DNA from: Clostridia bacterium
GTDB taxonomy: Bacteria; Bacillota; Clostridia; CAKSNL01; HGM11501
Direction: 5' to 3'
NCBI GenBank assembly: GCA_045545475.1
Contig: JAZQAZ010000026.1
Span: 1 to 34,345 of the forward strand
Length of the DNA stretch: 34,345 nt
The notes under the pieces are model-generated. The model did not search any database, had not been told where the DNA came from, and saw only the letters and a list, made by a program, of their open reading frames with translations. Position numbers and translations under genes: made by a program. Of this stretch, positions 7,315 to 16,858 are shown piece by piece (the stretch's first letter is position 1; each line of letters starts with the position of its first letter).

Positions 7315-9234
7315 TTATATAACGGGGATTTCTGTTTTCTTTCCGTCAACTATCAATGTTCCGCCCTCACGGTCACACTCAACTTCCAGCTTTTCACCGT
7401 CATAATCAATGTACAAAATCCCGTCCTTTACGGGAATTTCACACTTAAGAGAGTCAAAATAGGAAAGCTGCGGCTCAACATTAAAGGTTTCATAGCCTGC
7501 TTTTGTGGGATATACGCCGAGGAAATATCTTCCGATTAAGTAAATAGGGCTTGCACTCCAGGCGTGACACAAGCTCTTTTCATAGGGCCCGCCGTACATC
7601 GAAAGGTGCTCCTTTCCCTGCTTTTTGGGATCGTACTCTTCCCAGAAGGTTGTTGCACCAAGGGAAAGCATCCCTCCCCAGTAGCTTTTTATTTCTTCCA
7701 TTACCTTGTCAAGATAGCCGTATTTTGCCAGCATATCCATTTCAAAAAACTTAAAATAAGGCGTTGTAATGGCAGGAACGCTGTCTGAAAGAATAACCTT
7801 TTCAAGGATAGTTTTCTTTTTATCTTCAGAGGCTATATCATAAAGAAGGGCGAAAATGTTAGGATGCCTTGTAACATTTCTCTTTCCTGATTCAAAACAG
7901 TTTATGTACGCTCCCGCATCACTGTCCCAGAAGAATTTATCTATGTTTTCCTTAAGCTTTTTAGCTTCGCGGACATATTTTCTTCCGTCCTTTTTTAAAA
8001 GCTTTGAAAGCTTTGCCATTACATTGAGACAATTTAAGAAAAGCATCTGCTCACTTGATAACGCCCCGTCCTTATCCATATCTGCCCAGTCGATAAATAT
8101 CCAGTCACCGGGACGCTTTACAATAAAGCCGTTTTTATCTCTCTGGGAGAATAAAAGATTCATCATCGCTTCCGCTTTATCGTACATTGAAGCAACAAAA
8201 TCAACATCGCCAGTCATCGTATATTCGTTTTCTATTGACATAATCCAGTACATCGAATAGTCAACGATTGTATTAAGGTGCTGGTCTGTCAGCTTGTTTC
8301 CTCGAAGTGCTCTTATGGTACGCTTGTTTATCTCCTCATCAAAGAAAATGTAGGGGTTTACAAAATAGCTCTGATATGCATCACCAGACCATATCCAGCG
8401 GTCACGCTTTACGCCGTCGATAAAGAATAAGCCACTGCACATTTTGTAGGTTTCCTCTGCCACGGACCATATTTTATTAAGAAGCTCGTCCCCTGAACGG
8501 AAACGTCCTTTCACCTTAATCGGCACAAACTGATGCTTTGCGCTGATGCTGACTCTTACGCCCTCTGTATCGGGCACATAGATATAGCGAAAGCCTCTTC
8601 GTTTGATTTTCGTATCCTTACCCACGTTTTTCTGATAGAGATAACAACCCGAAATATCCGTTGCTTCCTCTTCCGTTTCGCCGAAATAAAGGTCAACGGG
8701 TCTGTCGCAGATAACCTCGGGCACGCCGTTAAGCAGGCATCCGAAGTCGAAAAGATGGCCGCCGTTTACCATTTTCGTAAGCCCCGGAAGATACTTTGTT
8801 TCCATATAGGGAATGTTTTCAGGCTTTACGTTTTTATCCTTGTAGAGGGAGGAATATCCGACGGGGAGATTTTCCCTGAAGTTTGTTGCCGTCCAGCTTT
8901 CATCAGTATGTATAACTTCTCCCTCAATAAAAAGTGCGGGAAGGGTTTCCATACTTCCGATGTTTACCGATATATTAACCTCGCCGGGGCCGATTTTTAT
9001 TTCCTCTCCCAGGGGCAAAAGCCTTCCGTGGGCATTTACATAGCCGTCGCCCTCGGCATAGGCAGTAAAGGTTGTCTCCTCTTTTAAGTTATATGTCTTT
9101 TTAAAAACCACATTTGTGTTCCATGAATCCATTTTCCAGAACGCAGGCCAGAGCATATTCCCGGGCCTCTCGCGGTCAAAATTCTGCTTCATTCCGTGGT
9201 AAATTTCAAAGTCGTCACGATACCATATCCACAT
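7315..9234 (-). CDS. GH78 alpha-L-rhamnosidase family glycoside hydrolase (cytoplasmic)
   Basis: DFG, IDGVKRDRWIWSGD, FIDW, GATTFWEEY, SLCHAWSASP; no signal peptide. Confidence 0.9.
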   Translation of the reverse strand: MWIWYRDDFEIYHGMKQNFDRERPGNMLWPAFWKMDSWNTNVVFKKTYNLKEETTFTAYAEGDGYVNAHGRLLPLGEEIKIGPGEVNISVNIGSMETLPALFIEGEVIHTDESWTATNFRENLPVGYSSLYKDKNVKPENIPYMETKYLPGLTKMVNGGHLFDFGCLLNGVPEVICDRPVDLYFGETEEEATDISGCYLYQKNVGKDTKIKRRGFRYIYVPDTEGVRVSISAKHQFVPIKVKGRFRSGDELLNKIWSVAEETYKMCSGLFFIDGVKRDRWIWSGDAYQSYFVNPYIFFDEEINKRTIRALRGNKLTDQHLNTIVDYSMYWIMSIENEYTMTGDVDFVASMYDKAEAMMNLLFSQRDKNGFIVKRPGDWIFIDWADMDKDGALSSEQMLFLNCLNVMAKLSKLLKKDGRKYVREAKKLKENIDKFFWDSDAGAYINCFESGKRNVTRHPNIFALLYDIASEDKKKTILEKVILSDSVPAITTPYFKFFEMDMLAKYGYLDKVMEEIKSYWGGMLSLGATTFWEEYDPKKQGKEHLSMYGGPYEKSLCHAWSASPIYLIGRYFLGVYPTKAGYETFNVEPQLSYFDSLKCEIPVKDGILYIDYDGEKLEVECDREGGTLIVDGKKTEIPVI

Positions 9235-9263
9235 AGCATTGCCCCCTTAAAGTTATTTACATA

Positions 9264-9292
9264 AGTTTAGCACAGATGCCTTCTTTAGTCAA
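9264..9292 (-). promoter_or_regulatory. Promoter for GH78-NhaC
   Basis: Minus strand TTGACT, 17 bp, TGc-TAAACT. Confidence 0.55.
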
Positions 9293-9320
9293 TAATCACC
9301 TCAAAAAAAACGCTTTTGTA

Positions 9321-9349
9321 TTGACACTCATACCCCATCGTTATATAAT
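9321..9349 (+). promoter_or_regulatory. Consensus sigma-A promoter for the DUF4838 gene
   Basis: TTGACA (9321-9326), 17 bp, TATAAT (9344-9349). Confidence 0.8.
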
Positions 9350-9375
9350 GAAGCTAACTCTTAAGGAGGGATTTT

Positions 9376-11262
9376 ATGAGAAGAATTTTTCTGTGTAAAA
9401 AAAGCGGCTCTGCCACAGTTGACCTTGCGCTTTCCGAGCTTTCAAAGTACATAAGACTGGTGGATAAAGAAATTTTAATCGACCAGGCAACCGTTTTATC
9501 CTTTGATGAAAAAACCGATATTATGCTTTATGTCGGCCTTCTTTCCGATGAAACAGAAAAGGATGACAGAGTAATTATCGATGTTACCGAAGGCAGGGGC
9601 TATATAAGCGGCTCAAACGAAAGATCCGTTCTTTTCGCCGTTTATAAATATCTTGAGCATTTGGGCTGCCGCTGGTACCGTCCCGGCATTGACGGAGAGT
9701 TTATCCCTAAAAAGGAACTTACGGCAGAGGATTTAACCTTTACCTATGACCACACTCCCTCCTATCATCACAGAGGTGTGTGCCTTGAGGGATGCGTAAA
9801 CTACGAGATAATCACAAACATTATAAACTGGCTTCCCAAAATGGGTATGAACGAATATTTCATTCAGTTCCACAACCCCTGGCACTTTTTCAACTACAAC
9901 ACCTTCTACAATCCCGAATACACCTTCTCCAAGGAGGAAACCGCTTTAATCACCCGCCGTGTTGAGGAGGAAATCGCCCTCCGCGGTCTTTCCTATCACA
10001 AGGTTGGTCACGGCTGGACCTATCCCTTAGTCGGCGAAGAGGGCCACGGCTGGAGCAACTATGACAAGGAAATTCCCGAGGATGTCAAAAGCCTCTTTGC
10101 CGAAATCGACGGTAAACGTGACCTTTGGAAGGGCAATCTTTTCAACACAAACCTTTGCTATTCAAATCCCGAAGCGAGAGACCGTATGACAGACGGAATT
10201 GTAAATTATTGCAGGAAAAATCCCCAGGTTAAATACCTTCATTTCTGGCTTGCAGATGCAATAAACAACCACTGCGAATGCGAAGAGTGCCGCAAGATGA
10301 GACCTTCGGACTATTATGTTTTAATGCTTAACGAGCTTGATGAAAAGCTTACAAAGGAGGGCATTTCCGCCAAGGTTGTATTTTTGCTTTACCTTGACCT
10401 TATGTTCCCGCCTGAGCATTATACAATTAAAAACCCCGACCGCTTCACATTGATGTTCGCCCCCATTTCCCGTAAATACAACAAGACTATGAAGGAAATT
10501 CATAAGGATGAAAACCCAGGTGCAATCGAATACGTAAGAAACAAGGTAAGCTTTAACGACGCTCCCACAGGCTATTTAGTTAACTTCCTTTCCGCCTGGC
10601 AGAAGATTTTTAAAGGCGACTCCTTTATCTTTGACTATCACCTGATGTGGAACTATCAGACCGAGGCAGGAAGCTATCGAAATGCAAATGTAATACACGA
10701 CGATATGAAAAACTTAAAGGATTTCGGCATTGACGGAATGATAAGCTGTCAGCTTCAGAGAGTGTGGACCCCCATAAACCTTTCCATGTACGGAATGTGC
10801 CGTGCACTCTGGGACAGAGAAAGTGAATTTTCTGATGTTTCAGAGGAATATTTCAAGGGTACCTTCCACCGTGACGGTGACAAGATATCAGGCTATCTTA
10901 AAAGGCTTTCTGACCTTTACTATTCCGATGATGACACTAAATACGACAAGATAGTTTCTGAAATTGATGCCATGCTTCCCTTTATTAAAGAAGGACTTTC
11001 CGAAGCTACCCCCGGCACTCCCAATGAGATGTCCTGGAAGTACCTTCTTCGCCACGGAGAATATACCCGTCTTGCCCACATTGCCCTTTCACTTTATGCA
11101 AAAGGCGATGAAGGTGCAATAGATGCGAGAAAGAAATGTCAGGAATATGTGGTAAGCTTAGACCCCGAAATAAGGGACGGTATGGATATTCATCAGTATG
11201 CCCGCCTTACCACCACTCACGGAATCCCCGCAGGTCTTTGGTACTTACCCGAGAAAAAGTAA
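9376..11262 (+). CDS. DUF4838 domain protein (putative glycoside hydrolase)
   Basis: GH20/GH67-like N-domain GSNERSVLFAVYKYLEHLGCRWYRPG; NLCYSNP; WLADAINNHCECEEC; no signal peptide. Confidence 0.8.
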   Translation: MRRIFLCKKSGSATVDLALSELSKYIRLVDKEILIDQATVLSFDEKTDIMLYVGLLSDETEKDDRVIIDVTEGRGYISGSNERSVLFAVYKYLEHLGCRWYRPGIDGEFIPKKELTAEDLTFTYDHTPSYHHRGVCLEGCVNYEIITNIINWLPKMGMNEYFIQFHNPWHFFNYNTFYNPEYTFSKEETALITRRVEEEIALRGLSYHKVGHGWTYPLVGEEGHGWSNYDKEIPEDVKSLFAEIDGKRDLWKGNLFNTNLCYSNPEARDRMTDGIVNYCRKNPQVKYLHFWLADAINNHCECEECRKMRPSDYYVLMLNELDEKLTKEGISAKVVFLLYLDLMFPPEHYTIKNPDRFTLMFAPISRKYNKTMKEIHKDENPGAIEYVRNKVSFNDAPTGYLVNFLSAWQKIFKGDSFIFDYHLMWNYQTEAGSYRNANVIHDDMKNLKDFGIDGMISCQLQRVWTPINLSMYGMCRALWDRESEFSDVSEEYFKGTFHRDGDKISGYLKRLSDLYYSDDDTKYDKIVSEIDAMLPFIKEGLSEATPGTPNEMSWKYLLRHGEYTRLAHIALSLYAKGDEGAIDARKKCQEYVVSLDPEIRDGMDIHQYARLTTTHGIPAGLWYLPEKK

Positions 11263-11273
11263 AATGTTATCAG

Positions 11274-11331
11274 AAAAAGAGGATGCATCAGCATCGCTCC
11301 TTAGGGGCTTTGCTTACGCTTCCTCTTTTTT
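11274..11331. repeat. Hairpin repeat family copy 1 (bidirectional terminator-like)
   Basis: AAAAAGAGGATGCATCAGCATCGCTCCTTAGGGGCTTTGCTTACGCTTCCTCTTTTTT between convergent genes. Confidence 0.8.
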
Positions 11332-11369
11332 ATTTTATTCTGATTTTCCAAGCGGTCCCATCCATCATA

Positions 11370-12221
11370 TTATCTGCAGCCTGTATAAAATTCTTCGCGG
11401 TACTTTTTCGGACTTAGGCCTTCCTTTTTTCTGAAAAATGCCGAAAAGCTTGAGCTATCCGGAAATCCGCATTCCTCTGCAACGGCGGCAATGGGCTTAT
11501 CGGACATAATAAGTGCCTCGCAAGACCGCTTAATTTTCACATCCTCAATATACTTATGAAGGGTTTTACCCTCCGCTTTCATAAACATCGTGTTGAGGTA
11601 GTATGGGTGATAGCCCAGTTCCTTTGCAATTTTTTCATTGTTTATGCCCTTGTTCCACTTTGATGATGCAAGGGATTTTATCTTTTTTATAAGCCGTAAT
11701 GCTTCATCGCTCAAAACATCTTTTTCGCTTAACAACTTCATTTTGGTAAGTATATATTTTAACAGCCCTGATTTAATCATACAAAATTCTTCGTTGGAGT
11801 TTTCCTTGGCAAAATGCATTTCCTGCATATACGGCAAAAGGGCGTTACAGCCTTTCTTGAGGAAAACTTCATTAAACGGAGGCATTGCCTTATCCGAGAA
11901 AATGTTTTCCTTTTTGAAATTCTCCCACTCATCAGGGCTATGAGGCTTTCTTTCGGCATTTTCGTGAGTGAAATCAAATCCAGCAATGTAATATGAAAAG
12001 CCGTAGTCACCACACTTTATTCTGTATGCCGTCCCGGGCGGTATCACTATCGCATCACCTTCAACTAAAGTTTCCGTTCTGTCGAAAAGCTCCACAGTAA
12101 GATTTCCCAAAGCCACAAAAAATAATCTGTAATCATAGGCGTATACAAACGAGTCGTAGGAAACATTCCACGACACCTTTTCAAAATATCTTACCACCGG
12201 ATTAAATTCAGAATTTTTCAT
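11370..12221 (-). CDS. AraC family transcriptional regulator
   Basis: Cupin N-domain (GDAIVIPPG); C-terminal double HTH ending CGFPDSSSFSAFFRKKEGLSPKKYR. Confidence 0.92.
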   Translation of the reverse strand: MKNSEFNPVVRYFEKVSWNVSYDSFVYAYDYRLFFVALGNLTVELFDRTETLVEGDAIVIPPGTAYRIKCGDYGFSYYIAGFDFTHENAERKPHSPDEWENFKKENIFSDKAMPPFNEVFLKKGCNALLPYMQEMHFAKENSNEEFCMIKSGLLKYILTKMKLLSEKDVLSDEALRLIKKIKSLASSKWNKGINNEKIAKELGYHPYYLNTMFMKAEGKTLHKYIEDVKIKRSCEALIMSDKPIAAVAEECGFPDSSSFSAFFRKKEGLSPKKYREEFYTGCR

Positions 12222-12230
12222 AATCCATCA

Positions 12231-12295
12231 CCTTTGTTTTTCAACATTTTCCCTTTGTAATTCCCCTTGATTATAGCATATTAATTTTATATAAT
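12231..12295 (+). promoter_or_regulatory. Promoter of the Gfo/Idh/MocA gene with putative AraC half-sites
   Basis: TTGATT (12267-12272), 17 bp, TATAAT (12290-12295). CCTTTGT direct repeats at 12231 and 12252 (21-bp spacing). Confidence 0.55.
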
Positions 12296-12324
12296 CAAGA
12301 AAAAAACAATTAAGGAGAGATATT

Positions 12325-13548
12325 ATGAAGAAAAAGTTTTCGGTTGCCGTAATCGGTTGCGGCGGATTTGCCCGGCATTTTGTTCCGCTTTTTAAATTGC
12401 ATCCTTATGTAGAAAAGGTTTTTGTATGCGACATTATTGAAAATAAGGCTGAAAATTACAGCAAAGAATTTGACGTTGAAACAATCCCTTCCTTTGATGA
12501 TGCCATCTCCCGAAAGGATATTGATGCCGTTGCAATATTTACCGAGCGTCACTTTCATGGGGATCTGGCATCAAGAGCACTTCGTGCAGAAAAACACGTT
12601 TATTCCGCCGTTCCCATGGCAATTTCCGTAGAAGACTGCAAAAAAATAGCAGATGCGGTCAGGGATACCGGTAACATCTATATGATGGGCGAAACCTGCA
12701 TTTACTATCCTTCATCAATGTTTTGCAGGGAAAAGCACGAAGAAAACTCTTTCGGTAATTACGTTTACGGTGAAAGCCAGTATTTCCACGATTTATCGCA
12801 TTTTCCCAAAGAGTACATCGAAAACCGCTACTATTCTGCAGGTTCCCCTCCCTTTTTCTATCCCACTCACTCAACAGCAATGATTCTTCACTCAACGAAA
12901 AGCCGTGCACTAAAGGTTTCGGCGATGGGCTATTCCGACAAGGAGGAGAATACCCCCTTTGCGAAGGGCGAAAACAACTGGGACAATACATTTTCCAACG
13001 AATTTGCCCTTATGCAGCTTGAAAACGGTGGCATTGCGAGAGTTTCCGAGTGCAGAAGAATAGGCTATAGGGCGCCAAGTTCTTCAGTTTCCGGCTTTTA
13101 CGGAACGAAAGGAAGCTATCAGTTTTCCAACGCCCAGCATATAATGACAACAATGCGTCCCGGCGGAGTAAATCTTGAGGAAGTAAGCGACTACTTAAAC
13201 CCCGAGGCTATGACAGAGGCAAAGGATACAGAAAACTTTAAGGAAAAGGTTGCCAATCACTTATGGCAATGGAATGATGTTTCTCCCATTCATAGAAAAA
13301 GATGGGAGAGTTTGCCCGATTCCTACAAGGAAAATCCGAAAATCAACGGACATATGGCAAGCCATCAGTTTTTAATTGACGATTTCTGCAATGCGGTTTA
13401 TAAAAACAAGCATCCTTATGTAAATGCATGGCTTGCAGCACGTTTCACCATCCCCGGTTTGATAGCCCACGAAAGCGCAAAGCTTGGTGGCGTGCCTTTG
13501 GATATTCCCGACCTTGGTGACTGCCCCTTTGATTCAACCGATTTTTAA
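12325..13548 (+). CDS. Gfo/Idh/MocA family oxidoreductase
   Basis: VIGCGGFA Rossmann motif; HVYSAVP in place of EKP; YMMGET; YPTHS. Confidence 0.88.
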   Translation: MKKKFSVAVIGCGGFARHFVPLFKLHPYVEKVFVCDIIENKAENYSKEFDVETIPSFDDAISRKDIDAVAIFTERHFHGDLASRALRAEKHVYSAVPMAISVEDCKKIADAVRDTGNIYMMGETCIYYPSSMFCREKHEENSFGNYVYGESQYFHDLSHFPKEYIENRYYSAGSPPFFYPTHSTAMILHSTKSRALKVSAMGYSDKEENTPFAKGENNWDNTFSNEFALMQLENGGIARVSECRRIGYRAPSSSVSGFYGTKGSYQFSNAQHIMTTMRPGGVNLEEVSDYLNPEAMTEAKDTENFKEKVANHLWQWNDVSPIHRKRWESLPDSYKENPKINGHMASHQFLIDDFCNAVYKNKHPYVNAWLAARFTIPGLIAHESAKLGGVPLDIPDLGDCPFDSTDF

Positions 13549-13550
13549 GT

Positions 13551-13609
13551 AAAAAGAGGATGCGTAAGCATTGCTTCTTAGGAAGCTTTGCTTACGCATC
13601 CTCTTTTTT
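13551..13609. repeat. Hairpin repeat family copy 2 (bidirectional terminator-like)
   Basis: Perfect 20-bp arms AAAAAGAGGATGCGTAAGCA / TGCTTACGCATCCTCTTTTT with inner GCTTC-ttag-GAAGC. Confidence 0.85.
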
Positions 13610-13614
13610 ATTGA

Positions 13615-14574
13615 TTAAAGTCCGTTTACAATGTTTTCAGGTCTCTCTCCCTTAAGATATCGCACTGCATTATCAGCAACCTCCCTGTGAAGGTCACTCA
13701 TTGCCTCAGGTGTATTTCCTGCAACATGGGGTGTAAGAATGGCAAGCGGAACATTTGCAAGCCGCTTGTCCATTCCGCCGCTTTCGTCCTCAAATACATC
13801 CAGCCCTGCACCTGCTATTTCTCCGGCTTCGAGAGCATCGATAAGCTCTGACTCATTTATTATTCCGCCTCGGCTGGTATTTATAAGAACCGCCGTTTTC
13901 TTCATCTTTTCAAACTGCTCTCTGCCGAGAGTATGGAAGGTTTTATCATTAAGCGGAAGATGACAGCTTATTATATCGGCACTGCATAAAAGCTCATCCA
14001 TAGTAACCCTTACGGCGCCATACTCCGCGATAACCTCGTCGCTGACATAAGGATCATACACAATGGGTGTCATTTCGCAGGCGTTGGTACGCTTGCATAC
14101 TGCCCTTCCTATATTGCCGAAGCCCAAAAAGCCGATTGTTTTTCCCGCAAGGCGGAATGCCTTTCCAAGCCCTCTGCCGCTCCAGTTATTTTCCCTTATA
14201 CGGTCGCTCATTTCAATTGCGCGCTTTGCTGCGGCAAATATCAGCATAACGGTATGCTCGGCAACATCCGTAACCCCGTATTTAGGCGAATTGCAGACAT
14301 ATATTCCAAGCTCCTTTGCTGCCTGTGTATCAACATTGTCATAACCTATACCATAACGCACAAGAAGCTTTAATCGGGGAAGCTTTTCAAGCAAGCTGCG
14401 GGTAAATTTTGTGGCGGTAAAAAAGATAACCTCCGCATCGCAGCAAAGCTCAACTATTTCTTCCTCCGTTTTCACAGCTTTGCTTATATATTCCACGTAG
14501 GGCAAAGCGGTAATGACAGCACTCTCATAAGAAGGCTCCGGAGCCATAGTTGTAAGATTTACGACTTTTCTCAT
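13615..14574 (-). CDS. D-isomer-specific 2-hydroxyacid dehydrogenase
   Basis: RYGIGYDNVD, GFGNIG, NTSRG, LDVFEDE, TPHVAG. Confidence 0.92.
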   Translation of the reverse strand: MRKVVNLTTMAPEPSYESAVITALPYVEYISKAVKTEEEIVELCCDAEVIFFTATKFTRSLLEKLPRLKLLVRYGIGYDNVDTQAAKELGIYVCNSPKYGVTDVAEHTVMLIFAAAKRAIEMSDRIRENNWSGRGLGKAFRLAGKTIGFLGFGNIGRAVCKRTNACEMTPIVYDPYVSDEVIAEYGAVRVTMDELLCSADIISCHLPLNDKTFHTLGREQFEKMKKTAVLINTSRGGIINESELIDALEAGEIAGAGLDVFEDESGGMDKRLANVPLAILTPHVAGNTPEAMSDLHREVADNAVRYLKGERPENIVNGL

Positions 14575-14585
14575 ATCTTGTCACC

Positions 14586-15344
14586 TCAAAGTTTATCAAT
14601 AAACTGCTTGGTACGTCTGATTTCTTTGCTGAGCATGGTTATCTCAGCTCCGCACCAGAATATATTCATACCCTCGCCATGCCACTTTTCTATATCTGCA
14701 TCGCTTCCCATCATAATACCGCAGGACTTACTGTGTTTTTTGCAGATAGAAATAAGACGGAGCAGATGGTTTTCCATTTCTTCGTTCATCGTAAGTCCGA
14801 TTCCCATAGACACACCGAAATCCGACGGGCCCACAAGGATTCCCTCAATCTGATCACCGTATTTTGTCAGCATTTCGTCAAGTAAATCCACGCCCTGAAC
14901 CGATTCAATCTGAATAAACAGCATTCGGTTATTGTTGAACTCTCCGATTTTTTCTCCCGCACGGAGAAGATTACGTCCTCCAACACCCTTTTTGCCGATG
15001 GGAGGCATACGCAGAGAGCGAATTGCAGTTTCCACCTGCTCCATAGTTTCGGTACGGGGAATTAGCACACCGTCACATCCCATATCAAGACATTTGGAGA
15101 TGCAATGATATTCACAGTCCTGAACTCTTGCTATTGTGGGAAGATCTTCTTTTCTCATGGCATAGCATAAATCGCCTACCGCTTCGGGATAGAATGAGCC
15201 GTGCTCCATATCAATAATGAGAAAATCAGCTCCGCTGTTTTTGTAGATAGCGGCAAGACCGGCATAATTTACGAAGAGCAGAGTGCTGCCGTAAGTTTTT
15301 TCGCCGTTTGCAAGCTTGGATTTTAAATTTTCAAGTCCGTTCAT
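14586..15344 (-). CDS. HpcH/HpaI family pyruvate aldolase
   Basis: IDMEHG, ARV, LDMGCDGVLIP, QIES, VGPSD. Confidence 0.9.
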   Translation of the reverse strand: MNGLENLKSKLANGEKTYGSTLLFVNYAGLAAIYKNSGADFLIIDMEHGSFYPEAVGDLCYAMRKEDLPTIARVQDCEYHCISKCLDMGCDGVLIPRTETMEQVETAIRSLRMPPIGKKGVGGRNLLRAGEKIGEFNNNRMLFIQIESVQGVDLLDEMLTKYGDQIEGILVGPSDFGVSMGIGLTMNEEMENHLLRLISICKKHSKSCGIMMGSDADIEKWHGEGMNIFWCGAEITMLSKEIRRTKQFIDKL

Positions 15345-15362
15345 TTAAAATTCCTCCTTATA

Positions 15363-15391
15363 TTGACATTTTTATTTCTCTATGGTACATT
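15363..15391 (+). promoter_or_regulatory. Promoter for AraC-barstar
   Basis: TTGACA, 17 bp, TGg-TACATT. Confidence 0.6.
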
Positions 15392-15412
15392 AAAATTGTA
15401 CTCTTAAGCTGA

Positions 15413-15475
15413 TTATACATCGTAAGCGGACGTTTTCCCATAGAATATCCTTCAGCAAACCTGCACTATCTTTCA
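15413..15475 (-). promoter_or_regulatory. Activator-dependent promoter for the HpcH operon with putative AraC half-sites
   Basis: Minus strand TATAAT (15418-15413) with a poor -35. TATC(C/T)TTCA direct repeats at 15446 and 15467 (21-bp spacing) lie just upstream of the -35 position. Confidence 0.5.
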
Positions 15476-15502
15476 CAAAAATTTTTACACACGGAGAAAT
15501 AT

Positions 15503-16351
15503 ATGTCAACTCAAATTCATATCAAAAAAATCACAGCCATAAATTGCTATGAGCTTTCGCCCTCCTTTGATTCCAGAAAACATACCCACGATGCCTGGGA
15601 GCTCTTCTACTCTGACAGCGGCACCATGAATGTATGCTACGAAGGAAGCGAGCCCTTTACCCTGAAGGCAGGAGAGATTTTGCTTCACAAGCCCATGATC
15701 CCTCACGTCACAGTTTGCGACGGAAAGCACAGTGCGGTATTTTTTAATGTTATATTTAAAAGTGCTTCGCCTGCACTTGAAATGCTTTCGGGGCATCCCA
15801 TAGCCGTTCCCGAAAGGCTTACTCCGCTTATTTCCGAAATAATAAAGGAAGCCAGAAGCAATTATATCTTTTCCGTTCAGCCGATAAAAAAAGCCTCCGA
15901 TGCTCCAATAGGCGGCGAGCAGATGTTTAAAAGTTATCTTGAGATGTTTCTCATCCATATCCTTCGTTGCTGTAAAGTCAAAAACGAAAACCGGAGACAA
16001 GGCTCCGGAAACAATGTCCCGGAGGACGATGTTTACCGCTTCCTTTCGGAAAACATCTGTTCCGGACTTACGCTTGATGATATATGCGAGCATTTTCATT
16101 TCGGAAAAACCCATATTTCGGTGAGCTTTAAGAAGAAATTCGGCCTTTCAATCATAGATTGCTATCTGAACTTAAAGATAAATGAGGCAAAACGGCTGCT
16201 GAGAGAGGAAGGCTTAACCATACGGGAGATATCGGAAAGGCTGTGCTTTGACAGCCCCGAATATTTCTCCCGATGCTTTAAAAAGCGGACAGGTCACACC
16301 CCTAAATCCTATAAAACATTGCTTATTGATGGAAAAATAGAGAAAAAATAA
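15503..16351 (+). CDS. AraC family transcriptional regulator
   Basis: Cupin HTHDAWE...PMIPH; HTH tail LCFDSPEYFSRCFKKRTGHTPKSYK. Confidence 0.92.
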   Translation: MSTQIHIKKITAINCYELSPSFDSRKHTHDAWELFYSDSGTMNVCYEGSEPFTLKAGEILLHKPMIPHVTVCDGKHSAVFFNVIFKSASPALEMLSGHPIAVPERLTPLISEIIKEARSNYIFSVQPIKKASDAPIGGEQMFKSYLEMFLIHILRCCKVKNENRRQGSGNNVPEDDVYRFLSENICSGLTLDDICEHFHFGKTHISVSFKKKFGLSIIDCYLNLKINEAKRLLREEGLTIREISERLCFDSPEYFSRCFKKRTGHTPKSYKTLLIDGKIEKK

Positions 16352-16369
16352 TTAAAAGGCGGAATTTTA

Positions 16370-16696
16370 ATGTACGATGCTGCAAGAGACCCGAATGCAT
16401 TTAAGCCTATAACGGAAAATCCTATTGTTCTGGACTTTACAGGATGCAAATATTTAGGTGAAATTCATTTGATTTTAAAAACAAAATTCGGTTTGCCGGA
16501 TTATTACGGAAAAAACTGGGACGCTCTATGGGATTGTTTAAGGTACTTATTTTATCGAAGAGGCAATTTTAAAGTAAATATACTCGGCTTTATGTCCCTT
16601 CCGGAGGATTTAAGAGAATATTGCCGCACTATGCTTGAAATCTTTGATGATGTTCACGAAGAAACACCAAATGTGGTTTTCGAGCTTATTTCTTAA
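16370..16696 (+). CDS. Barstar family protein (ribonuclease inhibitor/immunity-like)
   Basis: 108 aa containing the barstar signature FGLPDYYGKNWDALWDCL. Confidence 0.88.
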   Translation: MYDAARDPNAFKPITENPIVLDFTGCKYLGEIHLILKTKFGLPDYYGKNWDALWDCLRYLFYRRGNFKVNILGFMSLPEDLREYCRTMLEIFDDVHEETPNVVFELIS

Positions 16697-16701
16697 GACA
16701 T

Positions 16702-16760
16702 AAAAAGAGGATGCACGGCAAAGCCCCCTAAGGAGCGACGCCAATACTTCCTCTTTTTTT
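16702..16760. repeat. Hairpin repeat family copy 3 (core in opposite orientation to copy 1)
   Basis: AAAAAGAGGATGCACG-GCAAAGCCCCCTAAGGAGCGACGC-CAATACTTCCTCTTTTTTT; the core is the near reverse complement of the copy 1 core GCATCGCTCCTTAGGGGCTTTGC. Confidence 0.8.
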
Positions 16761-16816
16761 ATTTACATTAAAGTGTTAAAGCAAACACACTTCTTATTGC
16801 CATACAAAACGCTACC

Positions 16817-16841
16817 AAAAATGTACGTCCCCAAATGGTAC
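16817..16841 (+). repeat. Left arm of a 25-bp inverted repeat flanking the AT-rich gene
   Basis: AAAAATGTACGTCCCCAAATGGTAC; its reverse complement matches 17492-17516 at 24/25 positions. Confidence 0.92.
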
Positions 16842-16858
16842 TAAATTGTCTATTGTCG

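Noticed and set aside
8533-9087. 184-aa + strand ORF, and similar ones such as 2873-3403 and 23740-24198
   Set aside because: Antisense shadows of well-supported genes.
15506-16114. 202-aa - strand ORF
   Set aside because: Fully antisense to a clear AraC gene.
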